Position numbers and translations under genes: made by a program. Below, in pieces: positions 49,335 through 64,000 of a stretch of DNA of 64,000 nt. The DNA lies in NCBI GenBank assembly GCA_965644295.1, contig CBFFRP010000363.1:186001-250000 (forward strand), in the 5' to 3' direction. The notes beneath the pieces are model-generated. The model worked only from the letters and a program-made list of their open reading frames with translations. It did no database searches and was not told where the DNA came from. The DNA comes from Paraphysomonas bandaiensis (taxonomy: Eukaryota > Protista > Chrysophyceae). The first letter of the stretch is position 1. Every line of letters starts with the position of its first letter.

Positions 49335-51379
49335 GTTTCAGATACAGCTATATATGCAATGCCGTTTTAAAAAGTTGGAAAATTTAGATTTTGCTTTGCA
49401 ATGCTACCATGTTCGATAGAGTATTAATATTATTAATGATGACATGTGAAGTACCCCTTGGGCTCTTCAATATTTAGACTCAGCAGTAAATAATAGTATG
49501 TCCAATATAAGTGTAATATCGACCCTGTTAATATCACAGGAATTTTGGCGATATATGTTTTTCAGATGGCATCTAAAACCTACTAGTTGTAACGCAAAAC
49601 TGATTAATACAGTCATTGTGAGTTGAATCAGTTGGTAATTTACCAACAGAACTTGGTAAAACCGATTTATTTGGCTTTATGATCACATTGACTTGGAGTT
49701 TAAATTTTAAACATTATGTCGTCATCTAACATAGAATATTTACTTCGGTGACCCACATATTGTCTGCTACAGAAGATCATACTCATTGTACATTGTATGT
49801 TGCATGTATGTATGATATGCCCTTTACCAGCTACCAGGCTGTAGCTGTTTAAACATTCGAGGCCATATGTATCCATAGTTTGTTTAAGCTCGTTTGACTA
49901 TCTTTGTAAAATACTCTTGTCCTCTAGAAGGGACACACTCATACCTTAGTATGTTTACAGCTAGTACAACTGAATCAGTATTGGGAATGTAAACCTGAAT
50001 CTATTTTATTCTCGAGAAACATCAGTCCTGCACTCCCTCACTCTCATGTAATCTGATTAGGTCAGACTTATGACCCACTAAACTTTAGTTGAGACACCAT
50101 CATCAACCCTACGAGGAATATCTGGCTGCCTCAAACGCACCCAGTAGAGCAGAGTAGGCATGTCCGTATACGCACCAATGTGCAATGTTGATATACTTGT
50201 CAATTTCTGACTTCCCGCTTCGAATCACTCCTTTAGTTTTTTGTGAGGGAATCATGTTTCTTTCCACTCCACTCGCCTTCTTGACATACTCTGTGCTGAC
50301 ATACTTCTGCAGAGCTTTCAGTGATTTTAAAACTAATTCTCTGTAGAAAGTAGGAATCAGCTATTGCGTTCGCCTTTATGTTGTTTTTCAGTTCCGGTAC
50401 AGTTCTGGATCCTTCATAAGGTGACATCTCCGAAGTATTACTTTCCAGTTAATGACTCTACAGTCGCATCCGCCCACAATGTTGAATGATGCTCTCGTTT
50501 AAAGGCGGAACCTGTATGTTCCATTGCGATCTGTCTCTCAGTTTCAGTACGAATACATTTAAACACATATTAGTCGTCCCATGAAAGTTAGGTCCATTAA
50601 CTAGCTACGTATATACTTTATACCGCTTTGATTACGTGTGCAGTAACTAATATACGCACTCTAATGGATGGTATTAACAATACTATTATAACTAATTTCA
50701 ATAATTGACAATTAATTTAAGAAAATAACTATTATTTAACTTGTCTTGTGACTTAACGTTTTACTACAAACGATGAATCTTACTGAGTCCATTAAATAAA
50801 CAAAAACATAAGCATTCACGATCGACCTATTCACTGACAACAAGATTCAAACTAGAAAATAGCTGGACAGCTCTCGGGCTGTGTAACTATCTCGAAGTTG
50901 TTCTTTCTATTGCATTGAAAGTAACGCACCTATCCTCTTACAGTTTGTACACTTAATTTGCTAAGGTAATGACACGTTGATAAAAAACAACATTTCTCTA
51001 CGTCGATCAGCTAAACATTTTTATGGACGCAAGCCGACTATAACAAAGTAAATTACTAATTCCGTGACCATGCGCATGAACAGAAGAATACACACACAAA
51101 AATCCAGCGATCCTTATAGTACATAAAAATATACATCAAGTCGTAAAATGCTAAATCCATTTGTTATTCATGACTATTAATGTGCAACATATTCGATTCA
51201 ACAAAAGAACCCTCTATTATTGTAGTCCTTGATTTGCGTTGGTCTGACTTCACGTGACCCATAAGACAAAATACGCCTGTATTTCGCATGAGAATGTTAG
51301 ATATCATAATAACTTCGATAGCCTAATTCACTATCATGCACTGTAATGTATACTAAAAACTACATAATGACACTTACCG

Positions 51380-53290
51380 ACAGCTGCAGCTGAAACAATA
51401 ATCATACCAATCCACTGCCCCTGTGATGATACCCCTAGTACCAGCACACATAACAGCAATATAATAACCAATATCTGCCCTAGTCTTATCTCCCACAAGG
51501 TAACTCCTGTAGCGGATTCAACTCTTCTATCTTGCTGTAGTAAACATAATATCAGCCACCCAAGAGCAGTAGTGAGAATATATAGGCGCAGTTAAGAAAC
51601 GTACTTCGGAATGAGCAGAGCTGAGAATATTCGCAAGAGACTGTAGCTGAAGCAAATATGATATCAGCGTAGGTAACAAGCAGCCAGGTATGAGTACTAC
51701 TGATGAATTTTCTGTGAGTAATATGAGAAATTTGACTTGAACAAATTAAAGGGTTTGTCAATTGTATAGAATACATCTATTTCACGCACGTAACTATATC
51801 CAGTAACTGACCAGTGCCAAACAGTAAACCAAATCCTGTCATGAGCAGAAGACCAATTATCCCAACAGCTTTCAAACCATTTACCGGGGTACCGCTTTTG
51901 CTCGTGCTCTTCACCCATCTGAAAACACGCCTCAGGCGATGCAATTACGCAAGTGAACACGATAACAACTACACCGACATATCAATAGATACATGAATAT
52001 GGGTAGCTGTTGTCTCTTCTACATCTCTATATCACGGACAGAACTCCCACAATAAATTCATGTCAGAAATATACAACGGTTGTGCCAACTTACTCTGGAA
52101 GAAGTCCTTCGGTGGCAACTTCCTACACACAAATTAAAATACACATCGTACACGACAATATTCCTTTCGTCTATCTATATCAACAATATCACACGCCACA
52201 CGAAATTGTATAGACGAAGGCAGAACGACAGACAGTCATTTACTACATATCTATGTGAAACGTACACCAGATATACGCTACGATTAAAACACACCTGCAA
52301 ATGATGTGCTCCATAGAGAATAAAACTGTAAAATGGAGCCATCAATGCAAGAACAGATAAAACACCAAACATATTGACAACCCAACTGTTCTCTCCGTAC
52401 ACACGTTCCATTCCGGCAAACAATGGTGCTTCCTCATCAGCTACTACCTCCGCACCTGGTGGACTTGAGCTGGCGAGAAACAACGTGAGAGATCCCGAAG
52501 TGGTTACGGTGAGAAAGCTCAAGGAGAGGCCCCACGATAACACACTATTTCGCTTACTGTTGTCGCACATTTGAACACCCGATGACTGCTTCGATATACC
52601 CAGGAAAGATTCCGTAGGTGCTCTGCAGACTTCTGTGTCGTTTAATTCAGAAGTGTCTTGCGGTACAAGTAGTGGGAGCTCCTCAAATCCCAAGAAACAC
52701 CAGCACCCATACGGAATGGAATGTAGTGTCGATCTCCAACTGTGAAACCACACGCTATTTTCTACGGCATGGGACACAAAATCAAATCTAGTGAGTACTG
52801 ATATCCAGTAGAATACTAAAACTGCAATACAACAAGTAGTGACTACTAATTGCGTATTGCCGGATGTGCGTAAGCCAGACATTCCCATCATCACAAATAC
52901 AAAAAATAGTGCGGCATAAAAGAGAAACTGCAGTTCCGATGAAAATCGCAGTACTGCACGAAAATATCCAGCGAGACCAAACCCTAATGTTGCAATGACC
53001 CAGAATAATTTGAGTAGTTCTAGTCCAGCCACGATGAACCCAGCCTTACTCCCCATACCGCTGCTGACAAACATATAAGACCCGCCTGATTTCGGCATGC
53101 GTATTGACAATTCTGAAATACAGTGTCCTAATATGCCGTACAATAAAGTGCTTATACAGAGAGCCAACACAGCCGCTCCAAATCCACCTTCTAAAGCAGA
53201 CTCCCATCCAAAAAAGTCTCCTCCAATAACGCTGCCCACTCCCAGAGCCCACAGCCTCGCAACCTCAAAATACTTTAACTTAATACGCAT
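51380..53290 (-). CDS. APC-superfamily amino acid/ethanolamine permease (multi-exon, 3' end unresolved and probably further left)
   Basis: LWALGVGSVIGGDFFGW, SELSIRMPKSGGSY, WCFLGFEELPL; further hydrophobic exons down to about 51380. Confidence 0.85.
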
Positions 53291-54025
53291 TACCCTTTGT
53301 TGCTACAGCATCTTTGCTGGAAAATAAAAGAATAGTTAAATCGTAATCATTAACTATGAAAGATATCAAGAAGCAGTGCAGAGGGATTGATTTGTGTCAT
53401 GTGCATGTGCATGTGCTGCATGTATATATAGGCAACAACTCTGTACAGTTACAACAACGACCCTTACTTATTTTACTCCAATCAAATCACCGTAAATAGA
53501 TTTACACTGTATTGATTCGCAAACTAAAATGATGAGAGGGTTGGGTGTTATACAGTCCGTAGTTCGCAGTATTTCGTAGTTTTTCCACTGTAGTTGTATA
53601 TGTATGTATACCCGGAATACATGTTGAAGCATGAGAGCATCCAGAAACACACACATAGATTCGATGCGTGTTTTATTGGCTCCCACTGCCGCCAAAAAAA
53701 TTCAAACGATCAGGAGCCACATTTTTATTTGGTGGTATGGGAGACACCAGCAGCACACCACTGTGTGTATGCTGTATGCAACTGTATGCTGTGTATGTAT
53801 GCCTACATATCATGGACTGTATATGTATATGTATGTATTGTATGGTGTATGCATATGCATGAGCGGCATGCATGCCATTGAAGGACTGGCATATATATTA
53901 AATATTCGCTAGAGTATTAGGAGGTACACTTATTGAGTTCTGCTGAATAATTTTCTTTAACGTGCTTATTCAGAGCACGATTAATGTAATAGACCGTACC
54001 ATAGTAACTATTTGTCCTATCTAAT

Positions 54026-55979
54026 ATGGCCACTAGCGGATACTCGAGAACGCTGTATTTAATTCACTTACATATCCTGATATTCTGGGGAATGTTAACA
54101 GGGAGCGCTGCATTCACATCTTCAGGGAGCTCCAAACCATATGGATGCCCAATTAAGGCGACATCGCAGTTCTTTCAGAGACAGATGTCGTATGTTGGAA
54201 AAAGTTTCGGCGAATCTTCAACATCAACGTCTAATACCAAAATAAATTTCGCATCACAACTAGAATCTGAGCCTTATATCAATACAATGAATTATTATTC
54301 CAATCCCCGCCGGGCGTTTCAGCATAACGATTTTTTGAGTCGACTTTATATGGCGAATACTGTCAACTCGGACACTAAAAAGAAGAAGAAACGGAAGGAG
54401 CATATAGGGGACGTTGATATAGTAGTGTTAGGCCTGTCCCATCACACAGCTCCAGTGCATGTGCGAGAGAAGCTCGCTATTCCTGAGGATGGGTGGAATG
54501 ACGCTTCTCGTGAGCTGTGCTCGTTCGAATCGATCGATGAGGCTGCGATTCTGTCCACGTGTAACCGGTTCGAAATATATATGACTGGCCGGAATGAATA
54601 CGAAGCCATGCGAGACGCTATTTTTTATCTACAACAGCGAACTAATGGCACACTAGATGAAGAAACTCTGCGAAGGAGTTTGTTTGTTCTCAGTGGTGAG
54701 GATGCAATTTGGCACCTTATGAAAGTAACTGCAGGTACAGTCTATAGATGTCAACGTGTATGAATCTGGGTCATGTAACTTTGCAAATAGGCCTGGACAG
54801 TATCGTTGTGGGCGAGCAGCAGATTCTGACTCAGGTCAAGCGTGCTTATACGAAGGCCACTGAGCCCTCCGGTAGCGCCCGGGAGATCCTGAAGGGCATG
54901 ATCGGAGGGTGTCTTGCGGCTGGCCGGAGAGTCAGGGCAGAGACGGGAATATCACGAGGAGCAGTTAGCATATCTTCTGCCGCCGTTGAACATACGACCA
55001 AGAAACTGGCGCATGATAAAGGTTGTGCATCTAAGCCAATGAAAGACGCCAATGTGGTAGTGATTGGCGCTGGGAAAATGGCACGATTACTATTAATAAA
55101 CCTCAGTGGGCAGGGGATAACAGACGTCACTGTTGTGAACAGATCACCTGAGAGTGTGGAAAAGCTTAGGGTAATATTTTACGCTCTGTTTTTACCCTCT
55201 CTATTGATATTTCTATGTTATATACGGCTTGATATGCTTCACACTGCTTGTTGTAACTGGTATATATTGCAGGTGGAAGCCCCAAAGCTCAACCTTCATT
55301 ATGTTCCAATGGAAGGCATGTGGGACGCTATTGCCAGTGCAGATGTAGTATATCCATGTACCTCGAGTCCCTCCACCCTCGTGAATCCTGAGGATCTATC
55401 TCGTGTCATAGATAGCCGCAAAAGGGAATCGCACAAGCCTTTAAGGTTCTTTGACATCTCTGTGCCTCGGAACGTCCATCCTGATTGCGGATCGGTGGAA
55501 GGGGTAGAATGCTATAATGTAGATGACCTCAAGAAAGTTATGGCGCGCAATACACTGAAACGACAGCGCGACATGGCAGAGGTAGAGACTATACTTCAGG
55601 AAGAGATGGGAAAGTATCTACATTGGCAAGAGAGCTTAGGAGCTGAGCCGATAATACTCAGATTACAAGAAAAAGCTGAAACTCTTAGGCAGGAAGAGTT
55701 GCAGCGCGTTTCGAAGAAATTAGGAAATTTGTCTCCAGATGATGTAAAGGCAGTGGACAGGTACTATGATATGAAATGTTGGTTATGATATACGATCTTT
55801 TTGAATGAATTGTTGGTGTAAAATAGTCATATATTTGTTGTCTGATCGTGTTCTGTAGTTTATCAAAAGGAATTGTTGCGAAGCTTCTTCATGGACCAAT
55901 GCACCATTTAAAGCGTAAACACACTGTAGACACCCATCGAGTGGCGATATCACAATTGGAGGCCGCTTTTCAGCTGTAG
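54026..55979 (+). CDS. hemA: Glutamyl-tRNA reductase, plastid-targeted (4 exons)
   Basis: GLSHHTAPVHVREKL, LSTCNRFEIY (catalytic Cys), AG|LDSIVVGEQQILTQVK, IGAGKM, DISVPRNV, KLLHGP. Bipartite presequence. Confidence 0.95.
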
Positions 55980-56639
55980 CCATTTTTTGTTTCTTCCAGT
56001 GAACTTAATGTAAATGTACAGTGATAATAATTACCGTTTCCTTGTAAACAAACAACAATACACACTGATTAGTTTCTTTTCGAATTCTTTGAGTTTGCAC
56101 CACCGCAATTCTCAATGCTAACTTCTAAGAATAAATAAACTTATTTCTGTGTTAAATGCTGTTTGGCTCTATTCCAGGCTAGTAATTTTTTGACGGAATA
56201 GAGTAATAAATATTGTAAAGGTTCATCATATAGTTATATTGATCCTCTTATTCCTTATCCCATGTTGCGTTTTAAGCAGTTTGTGAGCAATTAAAAGCTA
56301 TATTTCTAAGGTATTTTAATTATTATCGTTACTTGAAGTATACAGAAGTGGTTAACTGTATTACATGAACTGATTATATGATAGAAATAACAGTGGTGAA
56401 ACTGAAATATATTGACTGTAGCCGAGGTTGGTTTTTCAGAGCTCAGACTATTAGGCCGTTTAAACTCAGTCAACTTGTATTAAAAATTAATCTGTAACAA
56501 GTTCGAAGTACTACAACTACTGGATGGATGTGCATTGAGTTATAATTAAATTAACACGTATATTCACAAGTATACGATATACATAATGTCGTCATGATTA
56601 CCACCGTGTGTGGATAATAGCCAAAAAATACGTCGCCTG

Positions 56640-58722
56640 TTATATTTGGCTTATCTGATCAGTTGTGTCCAATGCTACTTCTTGTGCTTTGCCATCTACA
56701 TTCAGTGCGTCGTCTGAATCGAGTACACCCGATTCGAAAGATGAGGGAGTAGAAGGGGTGGCAAATACAAGCTCAACCTCACTTGGTGACTCCACTTTCG
56801 CTTGCATCTTTGAGAGAGAATACGACGGTTTGGGCTCTGAGTTTTTCCCCGCGAGTTGTTCGGAAGGAGAGCCTCGATTAGATGAAGTTATATCTTCCAC
56901 TTCACGGTTCTCCATCGTTTGTCCTCTGAAAAAGGCCAATCGCTCTCGTCGACGATCCTTCCTCTTGTCTTTAACCTTCCTCTGGGGTACATTGTTCATC
57001 TGTGAGTACATGGTGCTCCCATGCTCTGATCGGTCTAGCCCGTGCAGTTCTTTAGTTGCGCTTACACGTAGTCCCAGAGTAGAATCCACCAGAATCATAA
57101 TCACAGCCGTGCCCACCACACTATACCCAATAGTAAACAGCAGTCCGATCAACTGGTATTGCAACAGCTTTGGGTTTCCGTAAAAGGCACCATTCTGACC
57201 ACCGGTACTCTCTCTTGCCAACAAGCCTAACAGCACCCCCCCCACCGAGCCACCTATACCATGTATACCAAAAGCATCCAGTGCATCATCGAAATTAAAA
57301 TAGTCTTTTATCCGCACTCCTCCGGCACATGCGAGACCCCCTATAGCACCGCTAATAAATGATCCTGTGGGATTCATGAATCCGGCCCCCGGTGTGATAA
57401 CCACTAATCCTGCCAGACTCCCTGCACAACATATAATCATTCACAAAACATACAAACACCGTATACAAAATTTCTGTACGCATAAAATATATCATGAATA
57501 CGACGCATGCAAATGCAATAACACAGTTCCATACCATTCATAATTCCAATAATCGACGGGCGACCAGTGAGGAAGAGGTCCAGAGTCATCCAAGATAAAG
57601 ATGCCATGGAACTGTGGTGATAAATTTTATTTCACTATCTTTTAAGCAATTGGCAAGACATAGATCATGCAGTATATATGCAACTGTTGCGTGTGCACTC
57701 GTAAAATACGGGTACCTCGCGATAATCGTGTTCAACATAGCAGCTCCTGCAAGGGAATCCGCCGCAAATGCTGAGCCGGCATTGAAACCATACCATCCGC
57801 ACCACAGATAGCAAGCACCTGATCAACGGCAAAAAATTAGTTCGGACGTCGAATAAACTTTGGATGTACACCAACATGAAATGTATCACGAAAATATATT
57901 TCGACTGTGACGAGTCGGCATCGATCTAGACCTACAACTGTGCACAATACCTGTGATTGACACCAGCAAGTTATGCGGATGAAAATTGTGTTTCCCAAAC
58001 CCGGTTCGCTTGCCTATCAGAACAGCAGACACAAGGGCAGAGAAGCCGGCGGAAACGTGGACGACATTACCTCCAGCAAAATCTAACACTCCTAGTTTGT
58101 AGAGAAATCCGTCGGGGTGCCAATGAGAGTGTGCGATAGGGCAGTAAACGAGCAGGTGCCACATACCCATAGAGGTAAGCATAGAAATAAACTTCATACG
58201 GTCTGCAAATGCGCCACATATCAAAGCAGGAGTAATCGCAGCAAATGCCAACTGAAATATACAGAATGCAGGCTCTGGAATAGTAGGGGCCAGCTGGTGA
58301 GCACCATCAAATTCCATTCCCAACAACCAGAAACGAGAAGTACTTCCGAATACCCAAGCGCTTGGATCAGACCCTTGTACAGGAGAGAATGCAATGCTGT
58401 ACCCGAAACACATCCATAAAAGTGTGACCACACAGGCGACAGAAAATCCTTGCATGGCAGTAGACAGAACATTCTGCAGTCTGACGAGACCCGCATAGTA
58501 CAGCATGATACCCGGGGTCGTCATCAGCAGAACAAGAGTAGCAGATATCAAAACCCATGCCGTATCTCCGCTGCTTGTGGGGCTGTCAAGAGAAGCTTCC
58601 AGAGACCTCGACAAGGAGCTGTATTGAGATATATGGGCCGACACTTGCTCACTGAGGGCCTCCACACGAACCAATAACTCCGATATATCCGATTCACACC
58701 CGTTCATGAGGTATGGATTCAA
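56640..58722 (-). CDS. amt: Ammonium transporter, AmtB/Amt2-type (multi-exon)
   Basis: GDTAWVL, FQLAFAAITPALICGAFADR, LDFAGGNVVH, GWYGFNAGS, LAGLVVITP, DDALDAFGIHG. Confidence 0.95.
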
Positions 58723-59439
58723 CTATAAGCACACCATCATCACATATGAGGGCTGAGATGGAGACATCTGATGGGACAGTGGAGAGGAATGAGAGCACAC
58801 AGTACAGGCCAGGTGCATGTACCATACCATCATACACCCATCGAACTACACTGTATATTAGTGTAGTATTTCGTACTTTTGTATTTTCACATTTGGGGAA
58901 AGTACAAATATACAGTACAGATATCCAGTGTACTTTGTAATACGTTCGTAGTTTGTAGTTGTGGGATTTTTAGATATTAAGCATGAAAATACTGTATATT
59001 ACGATGGTTTTAACAAAAATCTCCGATTTTATACTATTAGGATAAAGCGAGTGACCATATTCAGTTTCTTTTTCAGTTTCACTTTGTCCATTGAAGATTC
59101 GGTGTAATGAGGACGTATTTTTTTTCAGTGATATCTACAGCAGTGTACTCTGTATACTCTGCTGTATGTAGTATGGTACAATGAGTGTATACAGAGCTCA
59201 GCAGATGAACGTCTATAGCGTGTAGCATATGTAGAAACTAGTAGAGATTAAGTCCCCTGTTGTGTACACCATAGCAATATACCATACATCGTATTGTATG
59301 CATTATAATCTGCTTCTACTGCACTAGAAAAGAATAGCGCTTCGCAATACCAAACACACTCTATTAAGGGCTACTGGGATTGCAAAGAGGCCATTATAAT
59401 TGTATTAGCACTGATAACAGCTCACTGGTCAACTGAGAT

Positions 59440-60511
<1,072 letters not shown>

Positions 60512-61116
60512 CACAATTTTTGGCACTATGTTCGTGCTGTTTTTGATGTAGAAGAATTTCGATAAATCCGTACTCGCTACGTTTTGCCCCAAGCCAAACA
60601 CTATGACAGAAAAAAGTTCTCATATCAGTTACCATGGTAGCTGATTCAACGCAATAAAGTTATTGTCATTACACTTGCTGAAATATTGTAGTTCATCAAA
60701 GTACTGTAATCCACCGATATAATGATTTTATTTTTGAATTGTTTTTGTTTCCGATTACACCTAATTCCATGCATGGTATGTTGTCTCAGAACATTATGTA
60801 GTTATTCTTACTGAGAGTGCCCAAATTGATATATTCATAAGTCACTTATGAGATGCTTATCGTGTTGGGACTGTCGAGTGTGATACTTTACGCTTTCTTT
60901 TGACATGTATGCAACAAATCTGAAGACATTTGTTGATTTGTTGTAGTGTGTAGGCAAAACAACTAGACAATTTGTGTCCGATCATAAGTACTATACCTCC
61001 TCTTAGATGCTTTAAAACTAAATTTATTCCTTACTCTTCCACCAGATTATACAGCTTATTTACATCGTTTTACAGAATTTGATATATATGAAAGTCTGAT
61101 TATTTAGCAATAGGCG

Positions 61117-61441
61117 CCTCAACAAAGTCGGACTCGCACCTTTTCGTGGTGTTCTGGGGGATAAGTACCGGAGATATTTCTCCGGGAAACTAACGTGAGC
61201 CGCATATTATATAGTCAGCAGATATATTGTTCTGCCCACTCATAGCCAAATGCTTGTGTGGTACAAGGGACACTAATAAAAGTGTCACTTGTGTAGACGT
61301 CTTTGGGCCCTGACGAATAAACAGGCATCCGGGAATGGGCCCACCTCAAGGGCATCCGGGACAGGGCCCACCAGAAGGGTAACCGGGGTATTGGGCTGCC
61401 TGCTGAAGTTAAGCATCCGGGATGTTCACCTTAAGAACTCA
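61117..61441 (+). repeat. Dispersed repeat family A, full-length diverged copy
   Basis: Same ends (CCTCAACAAAGTC...AAGAACTCA) and internal sequence as 38929-39246. Confidence 0.95.
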
Positions 61442-61446
61442 AAACA

Positions 61447-63952
61447 CCTGAAGTCAGCAGATGTCAGGTATATCAACATTCTGCTTGCTCCCTGCGTTTG
61501 CTTTGAGTGATTGATGCTGAGTATGAGTTCACATTATTCGGTATCTGTGTGGCCAACAATGACCGAGGTAATGCGTCAAACTTTCCTCATGGATGCATGG
61601 CAATGGCAATGATGTGATTAGACCTGTCATGTCTTCTCACACGTCTACTGCCTAGTCTTGGTTTCTCCTGACCCAGGTCATTGAGATTATATCAAGGCTC
61701 TGGCACTGTTCTCCAAGCAGTGTCAGGTACATTTGTGGTGCTTTTATGTTATTCTTGCTTTTAGTAGGTTTTCATCCGAGCGGGGAAGGTGCACGGTTTC
61801 CTACTAGTGTAAGTCACTCGGGAGAAGAGTGCAAGGTGGATGCATGTGCTGGATGAGTGCACACAATGGAGGGAAGACATTGGAGTCAGCTTGAATTTGT
61901 AACAGATTTTGGTAGATGTCTGTTTCATGCGTCAGTGTGCAAAATTGCACCAGTGAGACCGCTTCGTGACCGTGGGAGGACCCGGCGCTATAGAGCTACT
62001 TTATTCTCCCTTCCAGACTACCTGCTGCTGTGAACACCACCTTGAAGAGGGCCCTAAAGATCTGCCGCATATACAGGAGACATATGCCAAAGACACTGAC
62101 CGCAAGTTGTTTGTGTTAGGACAAGTAGATTGGGCAGGAGCGTATGATCCGGCTTAAACACGCAACTCGTCGTATGCCCATGTAGCTAACTAAATCGTGT
62201 TGTATAGTTGAGCACTTGTCGGTGCATGCAATAGTAACTAGATGAGAGTCATGTTATGCATAGTGTCGCGCGAGTTGTTAGGTTGGTCGCGGCAACGCAC
62301 AAGCTTGCGCTTCTTAATAATCAGATTTTCAATTAGCAATAGGCGTCAAGAATCGTCACCAGTTAAGAGGCTAGATGAAAACTAGTTAAGCTAGATAGAC
62401 TTCTGCCTGTAACCAACTAGTGCAAATTCTCACATCCTACTATATGTTATATGTATCGCTGCGGAAGCTGCTTATGCGTCGCACGCACCATGGTGCGACC
62501 ACTTCCGTTCTTGTATGTGAGGGAGAAGCTCTCTATGAACGTGAGTCCTTGAAGTACAGTAGGGGTTTAGTCAGGAGGGGCGCCCCTTGGGGTAGGGCTC
62601 CGCAGGACTTTGTGGAGGCTCAGGATTCTGAATTAGTGAGTCGAGTGTTCCTAACCTGAGATAAACCGGCGATGGGGTAGGATGGAACTCCGGCGTGTCT
62701 TGGGAAGGCTCGGGCCACAAGTTGGGCCTGGGGCAGAGACGTAGACGGAGGTGTAATTGATATGTTATATATGATATGATGGTATATATGATATGGTATA
62801 TATGATATGTTATATACGATATGTTATATATGATATGTTATATATATATGATATGGTTCACATCAGTGGTGGTTCTAAACTAAAAAAAACTGAACTAGAT
62901 ATAACACTCTCTCAATAAGTTAAAGTTGTGATAACATCTCTCATCAGTCATTGTCATTTGCTAAATCTACATTGTCAGAATTTTCAATCAATATCAAGTC
63001 TTAGATAGTGACAATCTTATACAGTCAATGTATTTTTCAGTTTAACTCTATCACTCTTTCTTGTTAAAATTGTCATATTATGTTTTATGTAGATAGTATA
63101 TTGTGAAACTTTTGTAAAATCACGATTGCCGAAGAAATTACCTTAGTTTGTGGCATATTAGTGGCACTAATTTTTATTATTCATCTAGTTCGTCATATAT
63201 ATATATTAATTGTGTTAAGATGATCATTTCCGGTCAATTCGTCTGACTTTAGCTCCATCAGTTTGAGCTGGGGGGGGGTTCACCTCGAAATTTCTCGACT
63301 AAATAATATATCAAATCATTGGCTAGTGCTTCTTTCTCAGGTTCTTTCTATCTGACCTACCTTTCTACTATCTTTAACAACGCTTTAGCTACAAGTTGTT
63401 GAACTGATTCTGATTTCTCTCGAGCCACTTATACAGATCCTCCTTATATACTTGTTTTGTACAGCTACCGGTGCACTATCAGGCAGGGCGTCCTTTAGGT
63501 CTTAAATAATTTCGACTTTTGTGCATTTGCTATGCCTTGCGTTTCGTGATCCAGTTGATTACACCAATCTGACAAAAAACTAGATGTTTCTAATCTGAAC
63601 TACCGTCCGTCATAAATCAAGACTTGTGGCATTTTAAATGGGTTCTAGAGATTTACTAGACACTGACTCTACTCAATATAATCAATTTGTTAAATATATT
63701 ATAGCTATTATTCATCACTCTTTCTATTGAACGAAGGTCTTACTATATATTTTCAATATACGTGTAAGATTCAGAACTAATTTAGCATTGCAATTTAACT
63801 AACTAGTGCTTAACTCTGATATCCTACTACTATTGTATATCGTAAGCGCCAAGGTGAAACCACTTCTCCTCTATCACTCAAAGCAAACGCAGTGAGCACG
63901 CAACAACGCAGAATGTTGATATACCTAACACCTGACATCTGCTGACTTCAGG
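61447..63952. repeat. Cluster of family B fragments in both orientations with intervening unrelated DNA
   Basis: B 3' part reversed at 61447-61511, reversed pieces at 62289-62330, forward 5' part at 62332-62510, forward 3' part at 63843-63952. Confidence 0.7.
62759..62856. repeat. AT-rich minisatellite, about 14-bp unit (ATATGTTATATATG)
   Basis: About 7 imperfect copies. Confidence 0.85.
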
Positions 63953-64000
63953 ACTCTTTGTAACTACTATATCGACTGTGTCACTACTACCAACCAATAT

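Noticed and set aside
12032-55979. Iron/heme gene cluster (reductase, ferroportin, HemA)
   Set aside because: The genes are tens of kb apart and interleaved with unrelated genes.
61512-62760. Gene or retroelement in the GC-richer stretches between family B fragments
   Set aside because: No sustained ORF or recognisable motif; possibly decayed sequence but cannot be assigned.

Overview
Compact eukaryotic nuclear DNA with short GT-AG introns, no operons and no rRNA, tRNA or CRISPR seen. A HemA with a signal peptide plus 'SAA|F' plastid-targeting motif points to a lineage with a complex red plastid, probably an ochrophyte stramenopile (inference). About 20 protein genes are supported: secreted S41 peptidase (runs off the left edge), secreted LEA-like protein, family I CoA-transferase, tandem-PH protein, GST, F420_oxidored-type reductase, piggyBac-derived protein, secreted Hint/Hog protein, two hypothetical proteins, ferroportin, Lys/Thr/Pro-rich secreted repeat protein, SANT protein, KH protein, SWEET, EF-hand/EML WD40 protein, APC permease, HemA, Amt and Rab11. 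The main structural signal is that 18 of the 20 genes sit in head-to-head pairs. The pairs share roughly 0.4-0.9 kb spacers rich in alternating purine/pyrimidine words (TACA/TGTA/CATG/TGCA), and the three long (ATAC)n arrays all lie just upstream of a start codon. Two dispersed non-coding repeat families occur only in tail-to-tail or downstream spacers. Exon boundaries were read by eye and family assignments come from recognised motifs, not database searches.
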